NCBI RefSeq assembly: GCF_000150275.1
Contig: NW_002060943.1
Span: forward strand, 5,166,008-5,230,007
Direction of reading: 5' to 3'
Length of the DNA stretch: 64,000 bases
DNA from: Trichoplax adhaerens
Taxonomy: Eukaryota; Animalia; Placozoa
Shown here: positions 15,181 through 28,700 of the stretch, piece by piece
Layout: each line of letters starts with the position of its first letter
How positions within the stretch are numbered: position 1 is the first letter of the stretch
Program-made: the position numbers and the translations under genes
The notes under the pieces: model-generated
Databases searched by the model: none
What the model saw: only the letters and a program-made list of their open reading frames with translations
Told to the model about the DNA's origin: nothing

Positions 15181-15289
15181 GGACAGTTTACAGGGCAGGA
15201 TACTGTAGAATTTTCAATCCTTTATCAAAAAGGTGCCAACTACCAACTAGTGCCAACGACTGACAGTACAGTATATGAGTAGTCGCTAC

Positions 15290-16320
15290 TACATAATCCA
15301 TGTTTTGCTGCTGATGGTAACGTCACTATGAAATCGCTAAGCTATAACAAGCTGCTGATAACATCGCTATGAAATCGCTAAGCTATAATAAGCTACTGAT
15401 GGTAACGTAGCTATGAAATCGCTAAGCTATAACAAGTGATTGACGGTAACGTAGCTATGAAATCGCTAAGCTATACAGTACATTGTACTGTATTATACTG
15501 TACGAGTCATCTAAAAAATAAAAACTACAGTACTGTACGTACTGTAGGCTCGAGAGTACTGTACTATGTACACTGAAAACGTGACAACTTTTATGCACAG
15601 GGGCTACAATTTGGATTGAGTACTGGCTACACAAGCCATGTTTTACTACTGATGTCTGATGGTACCGTCACTATCAAATCTCCAAGCTTTAAACTATTGA
15701 TGCAGCTTGCAAAAACTTCTATGCACGGGCTACAATTTGGATTGAGTACTGGCTACACAACCCATGTTTTGCTGCTGATGGTAACGTCTCTATCAAATCG
15801 CTAAGCTATACTGTACTGTACATTGTACTATACGAGTCATCTAAAAAATTGAAACTACAGTACAGTACTGTACTGTACTGTACTGTGCCCTCGAAAGTAC
15901 TGTACTATGTACACTGAAAACGTGACAACTTTTATGCACAAGGTCTACAATGTTGATTGAGTGCTGACTGCACAATCCATGTTTTCCTGCTGATGGTAAC
16001 GTCACTATCAAATCTCCAAGCTTTAAACTATTGATGCAGCTTGCAAAAACTTCTATGCACGGGCTACAATTTGGATTGAGTACTGACTACACAACCCATG
16101 TTTTGCTACTGATGTCTGATGGTAACGTCACCATCAAATCTCCAAGCTTTAAACTATTAAACTATTGATGCAGCTTGCAAAAACTTTTATGCACGGGGGC
16201 TACAATTTGGATTGAGTACTGGCTACACAACCCATGTTTTTGCTACTGATGTCTGATGGTAACGTCACTATCAAATCTCCAAGCTTTAAACTATTGATAC
16301 AGCTTGAAAAAACCTTCTGC
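15290..16320. repeat. Complex tandem array (about 125-bp unit plus about 45-bp subunit) between the divergent MADD and IPK genes
   Basis: Repeated GGGCTACAATTTGGATTGAGTACTGGCTACACAACCCATGTTTTGC..GATGGTAACGTCACTATCAAATCTCCAAGCTTTAAACTATTGATGCAGCTTG, plus CTATGAAATCGCTAAGCTATA subunits. Confidence 0.93.
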
Positions 16321-16655
16321 TACACTTTGCTCAAACAGCTCTATCACTAGTCTCTACTATAAAACTTGAGTCTTCCATCGATTACGATGGAATGAATTAA
16401 TTGATGGTTTATTCAAGCTGGGATCAGGGACTTTTCTTCTTTTTGCAAGTCCCTGCTTTGACCAGAGTATTACAGTACAGTATAATGGGACTGCACAGTA
16501 CAGTATAGTACTCTACTCTATCTCAGTGACGTCAAACCTCTTTTCTGCAACAAGCTGAAACCTGCTGTGCGACAGCAGAGTTGCTACTTTTGCAATCTTG
16601 CTTCAAAATACCCAGTTCTAAATAACCTTCTAAAATAAACTGTAGAATCAATCTT

Positions 16656-18900
16656 ATGGCATTGGAAAATAGACATGTAGACTGCATCATAAAGCTTGGT
16701 GGCAGTGCGATCACTTCTAAACAACATCTCGAGAAAGCCAATACACAAGCAATCAATATTGCAGCTAGTCATGTACATGAAATGACAAGGAAATGCGTCA
16801 TTGTTCACGGAGCTGGGTATAACTTTAACTTCAATCGATAACTAATGAATCAAGTACTCGTGCAATTGAATCAATTAGTGCAAACTAATCTTGCTAAAGT
16901 ATACGTACATTTGTCAGTATATTTTATACGACCAATCAATGATAAATTTTCTGCAAAAATAGACGTCTAGATAAAGCGCTTTGCATTTTGCCATTCCAAA
17001 TGGATTGGTTGATGCTTTCCTGGCTACGCGTAGATGTAGATACCAACACTCGCATGGGTAAATACAGTTATACTCAGGTCTGGTTGTACCTGATTTATTA
17101 TGTCGTCAAACGAAACAACGCAGCATTAGTAGTTGCATCTTGAAAATGACCGTTGAAAATAGATTGCTTCACAACTGTGCTAGAACTTCGCACATTTTTA
17201 TTGATAGTCATGTATGCTGGATCTTATTCACAATTTGATTGTTTCATTGATATCATAGCAACATCGTAGCTTGTGCTATGAACTAGCGTAAAACCTAAAC
17301 GACATAATTTTAACTTCAGCCCAAAATCATTACCATTAAAAGTCATTACAAATGTATAAAAATCAGATAATAAACTATTCTATTTTGTACGCTTACGATA
17401 GAGTATAAAGCAAAAGTTATAATCATCTTTATTTCATCCTGGCTATAGATCATTCGGTCATTTTCACGCTAAGAAATATAACATTGCTACCGGATTCAAC
17501 GATACAGACTTCGAGCAACAACGCATCGGCTTTTCACAGACAAGACTATCGGTAACCAAGGTATCTCCTAACTTAACGTACAATTGATTACGAGTTGTAG
17601 CATTAATGCTTAGCCTGCCGTCATCTTAACGCATATTTTTCTACACATTTTACGCAAAACAGCTCAATCACATCATTGTGCAAGCTCTAATCGAGAAAGA
17701 CGTTCCGGCAGTATCAATCTCAGTAAGAATGACATATCCTATTGATAGTAATATCCTTTGCTTGTCATAATTACATTTAGAATCGTATTAACTAGTGTTC
17801 ATAAAATACATGAATAATATTGGTAATAACTTTATTTCTCATACGTAAAGCAGTACAGAATTGAATATTTATAAACTGTTAATTTAATCGGATAGCCATG
17901 CGGACTATGGAAAACTACCGACAGATCGGTTACTTCCACTTTTCTACAACCGATAAATGATCTCCTAAGAGCTGGCTTCGTACCAGTAGTGCATGGAGAT
18001 GCAGTTATCGATACCTCTCTAGGATGTACCATTCTTAGTGGAGATACAATTATTCAGGTAAAACTGACGTAAAAATATTATAGACGCATATGTCTTAATA
18101 TAATTCATCCAAGCGCAAGAGGGATACGCGTATACTTTGCTAAATTCATTTATAATGATTAAAAATTACTGTAGTTCTTTCGGAGGCCTCTAACATGCTG
18201 TCCATATTAACACCTGTAAATTCTGCTGATTGCTAATCTATAGTACTGTAACTTTACAGATACAGTCGCCTGCATAGAATAAAGTCTGGATTAAATACAT
18301 CATACTACTAAACAATTCAAATTCCGTAGTAACTTGCTACCCTGAAAAGCACATTTTCAATGCTATCATCATGCTTCATAGATCTTAGCAGAAAATTTAT
18401 GCCCCAAACGGATCATTTTTATAACGGATACTAATGGAATATACGATCGTCCGCCTCATAATGATGGTACAATAAATTTTAATTTAAATAGCATTACATC
18501 TGTAATATCAGAAAATGTGCCAAAAACGAGGATATCTATCGAATAATCAATTTAAATAAATTTTCATCTAAGCTAAAAGTTCTATACAATTACGGCTAGT
18601 ATTGATAAACTTTTAATCAACATTTATATCGCAGATGCAAAACTATTACGTTATATTTCTGTTACTAAAGATGGTAAAGTCACGAATGAGATAGAAACAT
18701 CTCAACTGGAACATGATGTTACCGGAGGAGTGCAGACTAAAATTGCCTCTGCAGCGCATATAGTTAGTAAATGTAATATTCCAGTCCATGTGGTAAAGTT
18801 AGGATCAGCTGCTGCATGGAAACTGTTGGATAAAGGTGAACTTGAAGAAAGCGATATTGCCACAACGATAACACTACAAGAATCTGAATATCCAAAATGA
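16656..18900 (+). CDS. IPK: Isopentenyl phosphate kinase (amino-acid-kinase family), 6 exons
   Basis: Exons 16656-16816, 17449-17560, 17663-17722, 17896-18057, 18382-18466 and 18635-18900 splice in frame. Motifs: IIKLGGSAITSK, VHGAGSFGH (IPK-diagnostic His), GFVPVVHGD, ILSGD, ITDTNGIY, HDVTGGVQTK. Confidence 0.9.
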
Positions 18901-19147
18901 AAATATCAGCTGGCAATATATCTGTTTATTGTCTTCTATTTTAGGATCACGAACATTATAGGATAAGATATATTAAGCACGTACTTGTTAAATACTTATT
19001 CTCTGATCACACATCATTGACATCTGTATTAAAATACTAAAATAACTCGTTGGTTTAATTTTTAACCGTTTATCAAAATGAATCAAGGCTGGTTACAATG
19101 ATTTTACTCGGTAAAACTGTGCAGTATTTTTGTATTCAATACACTAG

Positions 19148-19648
19148 GATGCACGTACTATCTACTTTAAATTACACCACGCGCCATTCGAATGACGACT
19201 TTATTTAAGATGATATTGCTATAAATGCAGCATGATTATAGATTTGTATATGGAATTGATTTTTTAGTTGCTCGAGATAGTTACTAACTCATTACTAAGT
19301 TGTCTTCGCGGTCAACGCTCCTTGTTTCTGATATAATGAACCAATTTATTATTTGCTGCTATCAAAGTAATCTTAATAAATACAAGTATACACGATCTAT
19401 GTACTCGTAGTTGATGTCGTGACTTAATCATAATAAGTGCTGCAAAATGAAAATTTTTTATACATCCAAATTTAAATACTAACTGATTATTATTGATCAA
19501 TTAGAGCATGAAAAAAGATGCACGTACTATCTACTTTAAATTACACCACGCGCCATTCGAATGACGACTTTATTTAAGATGATATTGCTATAAATGCAGT
19601 ACGATTATAGATTTGTATATGGAATTGATTTTTTAATTGCTCGAGATA
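19148..19648. repeat. Dispersed direct repeat, 2 x 132 bp with a 237-bp spacer
   Basis: GATGCACGTACTATCTAC...GCTCGAGATA at 19148-19279 and 19517-19648, nearly identical. Confidence 0.92.
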
Positions 19649-20557
19649 TGAATAAGCAATGACAGGGTAGAATTACAGCTACAGCGATAATCTTACAACT
19701 ACCGTGAAATACTAAAAATAATGCTAACTTTTTTCGTAATTATCAGGTACCATGTTATAAAATGGCCAATAATTACTTTAACAATCTATATATTGTATTA
19801 TCTAACTTACACATATAATTATCAAATTTCTCAATTGATATACACAAAAAATTAATACTCTATAGCTGACAATATAGCAATAGTATGTATGACAAGCACC
19901 TCGCGCATGATACATATATCCTATTGCGATCTGGCTTCAATTCTATATCACCTAGCGAGATCGTTTAGTTCGTAGGAAATACTAGAACTATAGTTATACA
20001 GCCACATTACTGCTACACACATACGCATTTAATGGCATTCTTATTATAATATAGATTCTACATCTTTGCAAAAAAACCTCCTTATATTAATGCTTGGCGC
20101 ATCACCAGTCACTTCATAAGCTGATGTAAACTGCAATTGCCGTAGATATTCGGATGATTCAATAAAAATTTGTCAGTGTAGTTATGATAAGGATTTATGC
20201 GAATATACTATAAATCATGAGAGTTTATCTGTGATGAATCATGGAAAGCGGGTCCTCATGAAGTACGTGTATAATAGTATACAGAATCTTACAGCAAAAT
20301 CATCATAATCACATTAACATATTACATTAGCAATATATCGTATAAATTAGGATAATATGAAATTGATACAATTAGTCAAGATATTAAATATTATAATACG
20401 CGTACATGATTTTTGAAGCTACGCAAATGGTTACTGTATGTAGTATATCGTGTTTTCTATATTGTAATAAATACTGTATCCAATCAAGAAATTATATGCA
20501 TAGGGTGTTAGTGAGTCAAGATTACTGGCCAACATTACTAGATATACGCACAGTAGG

Positions 20558-23500
20558 TTATTGTGAGTTATCAGTTTGTAAAGATATTCTAATCGCTTCC
20601 TGTAGCATCTCTTCATTTATTATGTCTGCATCTATTAAATTGCAATAGTATATCTTTAACTCATGAAACGCACAATCTTAAAGCAGATAACGAATTAATA
20701 CAAATATATTTTCGAGAACGTATACCATACCAGTGGTTTTCGTTGCATTAGCTAAACTACTAGGATTTTCTAGTTCTATGTCAGAATTTCCTTTCCTATT
20801 AATAAAAGGTTGCGAACCGGTCGGTAAATCCTGTTATTGCGCATAAGCATATACAAAGAAGAGAAAAAAATCTCTTAATCAATAAGGAAATAAAATTTTT
20901 GAAACTGACCGATCAAAATAAAGTTTCCTTTTTTCACGAATTTCATCTAAATTAATTGGGACATCGGGATGCTCCTTGCTGCATTCGACTGTAATGACAC
21001 GGTTGAAATAGACATATTAAATACTTCTACTTTCATTGCCCTAAATGTTGTAATGGTTACTAAACCTATATGTGCAAAAAAAATCTACTGTAATTAACCC
21101 TAGATAACAAAAAACTATAATAATTTATACCCATCTAGGAATGATTTCGTTACAAGCAAGACATTAAGGTGTAAACAGAGCACACTTATAAATAAAAATA
21201 AGTCCTAACTTCTGAACAAAATTCTTACCATTCTCATTCATTTTGTCAGCAGCGGCTAAAGCAGCTTGTAGTGATTTCTTTTCTACAAATTGGTGAGATA
21301 CCTTATTGGAAATATGTCCTGACTGTGTCTGCTCTGATCTGTAGCTTTTCCGTACAATGGGATTATCGCCTATAACTTGGTCGGCCATACACTTCGGTAA
21401 CTCACCAACAACAACAAATATTGAGTAACCTATTTATGAAAATGCAGGGGCACAAAGATATATTATATGAAGTAGCTGTCATTAGCAAGCAACGTACATT
21501 ATACACCATGATCGTAAAAGATATCAAATTTCATATTATACTTGATTATCACCTTCTTGCTCAAGTTGTGCCAGATATATACTAAGATACGTATCAGTAA
21601 TAAGCTCAGGCTCACTCTTAATAGAATTTAAATTGAACCACTGCTAACAATTCGATAGAAAGACAAATGAGTTGAATTACTAAATGTAATCAAGCGTAAC
21701 AGTTCTTTAATTTACTTATGATTATAGGTAGTATCAATGAAATCCAAGTTACAGTTAAGGTAGATCAGTTAATTACTGTTAAATTTTTTATCTGTAATTT
21801 TATACTGCACCTGTTTGCCAAATTTTCTAATAGTAAACCAATGCTGTTGCAAGTTACATATAAAAGCATTTTGAGATCTAAAAGGTAACCAACATAAGTA
21901 ATCGATTAATACTGTATCATTAAAATGTTATATTATTCGTATTCGCTAAAGAATTTTTTAGTTCGGTTATACTACATCATTTGCTACATTCTCACTGAGG
22001 GTGTAATTTAGCTTCTCGAGCTTGCGGATTCGAAATACGAGTTAAATCTAAGTTCCATATTTTCAGTGCAGTTTGTAAAACTTGAATAGAAAAGAAACCG
22101 CTATCGTCCATATTTTGAGAAGGTTGCTAGAAATGTAGTTTTACGAGGATGAAGCGTTTATAAATCATCAACTGTAATTAATATATCGTATTTACATTGA
22201 TAAAATGTCCTAGTTCAATTTTGTATATCTAACTACATTCATCTACACACATAGCCAAATACATACTGCACATCGATCCAAACTACAGTAATATGAAAAT
22301 TGATTTTAAAAAAGTTACAGTTTTCTTGTCTCCTAGATAGTGCAAACAATATTCTACCATATTTTTTCTACGCGAATACCAGGTACATTGAGTAAATCTA
22401 AATTACTATACATCGACGACCTTATTGTTATTTCAGAAAAATGCTTTTTTGTTTATTCTTGGAATGATAAAATATCAACGCAAGTATTTGTTACTGTATG
22501 TCCTTCATGCGATACTGGATATTTGATTTTAATTTGTACAGTATCAATAACATAACATATACTATTGCAGTATTGTAGCTCTAGCGTACGATTACATATA
22601 CAACTACAACATACCTGCAGATATCTTAGGTATTCAGTCGATTGAGGGTCTCCTTCCGCCATCCTCGAACGTTCTTCTTCATCTAACTGACGAGCTATAT
22701 CAGCTAAATCGACAGCAGTAAAGTAGCTTCCTTTGTAATAACGTAATAGTTTATGCGGATTAATTTGTAGCCTCATCAAATTGAAAACAGTACTATTATA
22801 ATTATAGCTATAAGCATCAGTACCTTGTAATAAAGAATTAAGACAGTGTTGTGCACACAAGGAACCTTCTTGCTGCAAAAACATACACAGGCATAGAGTG
22901 TTAAAGGGTTAAGCAATATAATCATGGCAACATCACGTAGCTTAATTAAAATCATGATGTGTAAAGTCAGTAAATAAAACGCATAGTCAGTATTCAATTA
23001 CAAAAGAAGTCAGGATGCTAATTATGAAAGATATCTCCAATCTGGTCTGTACTATCAATTAAGGGTGTACGAGAACTCCGATTGTCTCACTTTGGGTATT
23101 TCAAGGCATTTTATATTTCTATTACGGCTTTCTAGAAACGTCCTCCTACAACGTATGGACGTACCTGTAAACTGATTATACTCTACTTGCTACGGATATC
23201 GCAAGAAGGCATGTATTAGGAAAATTTACGAGTAGAGTGCCGCCAGAATAATGATTGGCCTCGTATACGCAGTACCAATTCAATGATTGTAATGGCTGTG
23301 TTAATTAATTAATTATAGCTGTATTCTGTCGCTTAATAATATACATCAATAATTCGCATACAAAATAAGATACCCTGTCATACGAATATGTGTATAGTCA
23401 ACTTTTACATACGAACAATAAATCTATCGATAACCACACTATTTTACAACATTTTGGTCCTTTGCTACCCAGAATGAGCTAATTGCTACTAGGAGCTACT

Positions 23501-24349
23501 AAATTTAGTAGTCCTTGTTCGTATGCACATAAGATTACACCAATGTAAACATATTGGAATATTCAAAGATAATATGGCAGAGATCACATCAAGGTCTAGC
23601 CTCGATTATATAGTTATGATCTGTTGTACTACGCTGTCTACTTGACTGTATGTAATTAGAATCAAATCAAAAGGCTTGAAAGTTTCTATAATTATAATAA
23701 ACCAATGTCTTTCGCGGGCTATTTGCAATTTGTACTTTATTATTAAGTTAAGTTACAATCGCTTACTAGATCGAGCTTAGTCGAGCTGCAAGGAATGTCT
23801 GATAGGTGTATGAAGCAATGTTTGTAAACTGTATGGGAGCAAGACTATAAGCAGAATGCTGTACAGTACAATGAATAAGTATGATGCATACTAAATCGCC
23901 TTACAGTTGCGTATAACTGATTATGTCTTGACAAAAATGAAAATATTATCTCTTCTCAAAACTCATGTCTCAACAGCGTGTAAATCCATTTCAAATAAGA
24001 ATGATAGAGTCAATTCATTGAACAGCGGCAATGATGGTACCAAGATCAATAATTACGATTTATAACAGCACTATAAGGTGTACACACTTATCCATATAGA
24101 GTACAGTATAATAGAATATAAAACCTTGTTGATGTCCTATTGGCTAAGAAATTGTTCAAAGTGTAAATAAGAAGTAGAAAATTATCTTTTATGCATGTTT
24201 GTTATCGCTGTTGTTTTGCAAATCATTTTCTCTATTCAAGATAGGCTAACTTTACTTTGTAGATAGTAGCTAGCTAGTTTGTTGACTACTGCCATTTGCA
24301 AATTTGCTAGTACCAGGCAATTTACCTTTTCATGGAATATAGTATCCAT
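20558..24349 (-). CDS. ATXN3: Ataxin-3 (Josephin-domain deubiquitinase)
   Basis: Exon 1 is MDTIFHEK (24349-24326), followed by QEGSLCAQHCLNSLLQG, YFTAVDLADIARQLDEEER, NMDDSGFFSIQV, AFICNLQQHWFTIRKFGKQWFNLNS and GYSIFVV. The catalytic Cys/His/Asn are intact. A VCP-binding-like EIREKRKLYFDR and a terminal UIM EEMLQEAIRISLQ precede the stop at 20560-20558. Confidence 0.95.
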
Positions 24350-25743
24350 CGTGTTGCAAATGGAATCAAAGTGGATGGCCCGATATAGAGATCGAAAGTA
24401 AAGTTATTTCAATTTTTTACGATGGAATGATCTCAGCTTCTGACGTACTCATCAGTTACTGTCTAAAGCTTAGCATCATCATCATTCATCATGACATACG
24501 GACATTGGACAGTATGACCGTGCAGTGGCCCACATTAGCATAAAGGATATCACTACCATAGACAATAAGTAAAGACAGCTAATATCAAAAGCTACTCAAA
24601 GAAGTTCCCCGATAGCATAAACTACTATAAATTAAATCTTCTCCAAATTTGTAGTAGTTGATGCCAATACGAAACAAAATCAGCACCAAGTATGACATGA
24701 TTTTCTGTCAATGGTATAGTACTGATTTCAGCCGATTCGTAAGGGGATATCGAGCAGAAGTTCTGCACCGCTAATGGCAACGGCTACGCAACTGCCCTAC
24801 TACCCTACAGAACCGTTATGGTCAGGTCGACTAGTCGAAAGCGACTCTCTGGTGACTTGGTGCTTCCACTGGTTACCGGTTACTGTCACTTTTGCAACTT
24901 AGAGTTGAGTAAATTTATTCATTATTGTACCGTCAGTGGTTGTCAGCCAGTGCTCTTACTGACTTGAAGATGAGAGTAGTGATGATTGAAATAAGTGGTA
25001 ATCAGGCCGCTGCAGATTGGAGATCAATGTTGGGTGATTCGGTAAAATAAGTTGGGTAAAACGTACTGTCGTCAGTTTCATCTTATGATCAAAGTACTTT
25101 ATACTGTCCAATCGTGGGCAAATGTTCAATTGGACAAGGTTTTTTTCTTTCTAAAGAGAATTTCACTTCTTTCGAATAATAATTAATCAAAGAAATGGGT
25201 AGAAAAACTTGATGAAAATTAGCTAATACTGTCGTTAATATGACTAGTATGAGTCTACAGTACCGACAAGAGTTCAACAACAAACATGGCAATCAATGCT
25301 CTACAGTATTTGTACTGTAGTCCACAGTATATATCACGCCAAAGAAAGTACTGTACACTGTACACACCGAGAGTGAACGAAGGTACTATACTGTACTAGT
25401 CCGTGCCGGACCGGTATCGTACTGGCATAGACCGTACCGTACCGTATGATACCGGTATCCGCCTCTCTTTTACAGCGATGAAAACGAAAGTCAACCTCGA
25501 AGAATGGATACGTACAGTAATAGACACGATCCTATGTTTCGAACACTACCTTAACTCGGTGTACCAGTACCGTGGCTGACATAATGCGACTACTCACTGT
25601 AGAAAAGTCATACCGACCAGTCAGACGGTGGTCAAAACCGAGGCAAAACTCCTTCATTGAACATTTCACTGTCCATTTCTTAGCCATAAAGTGAATTTTC
25701 ACTGGTGCAATTTATCCCATGCCTAGGACTACGATAGCAAAAA
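24350..25743. promoter_or_regulatory. Divergent (bidirectional) promoter region of ATXN3 and MARCH6
   Basis: Start codons 1.4 kb apart in head-to-head orientation; CpG-richer sequence with TACAGTA/GTACCG motifs and a hairpin at 25410-25456. Confidence 0.6.
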
Positions 25744-28700
25744 ATGGAGATTGAAGGTAAAAAAATAGCATTTATCCACTATGATAGGAGTAAGGTATGA
25801 CTTGAAGGCAAGAGAGACGAGTCCAATAAGTGTTATAGTGTGCTTTCCTGCTTTGGTAGTAAATTGTTCAGTAGCCTACGATAGCGTACAGTAGACCGCG
25901 AAGCTTTCACTGACTGATGACACCAATTTCCATCAACGATGGCTCAGTGATCCATATCCAAATATATCCCATACTTCGCTATCACTGTATTCAACTCTCT
26001 CTACTTATATGGAATGCAATATCAATGGAATTGGCTAGTAGAACACGCTTAATGATCAATCATTCAATACAACGAATTCAAAAAATCCACTTTTACACTC
26101 GTTGTATACTTTTCTCCACATCCTCTTACCGGACTGTCTGTCCAACCTTAAATGGAAAAGGGTATTTTCAACGTATCTATAGCCAAGAGGTCATCCATCA
26201 ACGCATAACTATATCGTATACTCGTATATCTACGCAACGCTATTAAATTGTCGACATTCATATTCGATAGAATAATATTAATAATAGCTGCTACAAGAAG
26301 TGATCAGTTTGTCCTACAGTATAGGACTGTAAATACACTATATCTTCAATTATGCAGTACCTCCTTCAAAAAAAAAAATAATAAATAATAGACACTTGAC
26401 GTACTGCACATCTCTTGAAAGATGTGTAAAACCATAACACAAAAGACGACATAAAAAGCCCTTACTCAAGGCATCTATGCTACAGTAGATTTTGCCATTA
26501 TATCATATCTTGACAAAATAGACTCCCATCCAACTGTAACCTAGAAAACATACTCTCTCTTCTTTATTGCAATTTTAAACTTGCTTTCAAGGTCAATCTA
26601 TCTGCGAATGAATTAATTATCCACTAAATTGTTTCTCTTTCTGATACTCTCTTAAGAAAATGATCAAATTTGTCGGGTCTGTCGCCTTGAAGGATCGACC
26701 GATAAACCGCTATACTTCCCTTGCCATTGTACTGGCAGCATTAAATATATCCATGAAGCGTGGTAAGTGACATTTTATGGTCTATGTGATAGCCTAGTCG
26801 TAGACTTAGCCGAAGTTGTAGCATACTGTAAACATCCTGAACAATTGAATGCATATCCCATGCTGAAGGACTTGCTATTTGAACTAACCTTCGTTGATAC
26901 TATACATTGCAGGCTATCTTACTGTATGCAATTGCTAACTTTTAATTAGCAAACACACTACTGTATTTGCTATTCGATATTCATTATATTCAACTATTGT
27001 TATTATTCTAACAACTGCACTAGTTTACGACTAATAAACGCTACTAAGATGTGATTACTACATTAATGGCAATATAATATAACTATTATGATTTACTGAC
27101 GGGCTTTTCTAAAAAAAATAGCCTAGTCCTCTAAAATAAGATGACTTTCAGAGAAATTCAGATGTCCACAAATATAGAATCCTTTGCACATCACCAATTT
27201 AGTTATAATCTAATTTTCTATTATGGTATTCTGACTAGTTTAACGACAATTACAAGTAATAACTTACGCTACCCCACTCGATATACTACAGTAGTAATAA
27301 TAAGTTCATAATAAGTATACCTGCTTTTCACTACTGAAGTAGTTATTGTTAAGAAATACGTATAGACTGATACAATACTTAAATACTGCTCGATGATTCC
27401 TATAGGAGTGAAATCTAAAGACCCAGCTATGACCGCATCCTATTTCTTATTGTGAAAAATTCGCTTAATAATTAATTAATAGTCTAAATCAACAGATACG
27501 TGCTATACGTATACGCACTCTTTCTGTAACCCAGTACATTATAAGTTTCCGATGATTTTCGTATTAAAATACAACTTTATTCGAAGGCAATCATTAATAG
27601 TAAACTAAATTTCAGTCACTCACACGCAGGATAATAGCCCATTTCAGGAATTGATCATAACGTATTGCACTTGCATTTTATTTCTTTATCAATGGATTGG
27701 ATAATAACTGGATAAAGATAGTATTGAAGCCATATCACGACAAGACAATATTTGATGTTATGCGTTCACGTTGCAAATACTCTCCAATATCGACTCAGTG
27801 AATACCATGATAGACATTGATTAGCTTACATCGATGCATGCAACGATAAGGATATGTGTCTATTATTAAATTATCATTGGCTAATAATGTTGAACAATAT
27901 TGAATAAATCAATGTAAACAATAAAATTATGTTCAACATTTCCCATTTCATTGCTACAATTTCCGATTTTGAGAATAAATTACGAATATATATTTAACTG
28001 AAATAAGTTAATGCTCTTTTTTTACTTTGTTTTTTCTAGTCTTTTGCAATGGCTAAAACATAGTGGAAAAGAGTAAGTTTAGCACTGTAGTTATGCAAGT
28101 ATTTGCAAACTTAGAATATTGTCACACATTTAATCAAGCGTTGGAATATGGTTAGATATGTGAAATTTAAAACTTGATTTTCCACATTTCTTTCATTAGC
28201 TTTTGTGAACTATGCCGACATAAATTCGCTTTTAAGCCAGGTAAACCAAATATAGAGATGTAATAAATCAGTTTAAATTATAGCAAAATCAAGTGATAAT
28301 GTAACCAAAAAAATAATTATTGATCTTATAATGATAATTATAATCCAAGATTTGTGCATTGCTTCTACGTGATACAAGCGTTAAAGTGACTCGTCCTTTA
28401 TCCTTATACGGTATACGCGTATACTGTAGACTACAGCCTATAGTTAGCGAAACTTAAAGATACAGTATCAATAATGAAATAAATTTTAGTAAGAATAATG
28501 ATAATTTGAAAAGTTAGTCAATTCACTTTTAAGTTGATTCATTTTCAGTGAGGTGATAGTAAGGTAATATCGCTTTAGCAAGCACAAATTCAATTGTATA
28601 GGACTTATTTATTGAAAACGTAGGCATTGGCGTATAGTTACTAATGCTAGAGTTACTGCAGACTAAATGTAAGATGGTATGGTATTGTTTGACTGCTAAC

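Larger units (their letters stand above)
14780..16655. promoter_or_regulatory. Divergent promoter region of MADD and IPK
   Basis: Head-to-head start codons about 1.9 kb apart; locally higher GC/CpG; TACAGTA/TACTGTA clusters next to both genes. Confidence 0.6.

Noticed and set aside
15290-16320. CRISPR-like repeat array
   Set aside because: Units are contiguous tandem copies without unique spacers; eukaryotic context; no cas genes.
17561-17662. IPK intron 2 (GTATCTCC..TCTTAAC) as a U12 intron
   Set aside because: The donor deviates from GTATCCTT and the putative branch site is over 30 nt from the AG; more likely U2.
20790-20910. Apparent frameshift or alternative donor in ATXN3 after LYFDR
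   Set aside because: Resolved by the downstream acceptor TTTTATTAATAG|G, which gives in-frame R-KGNSDIE with canonical sites.
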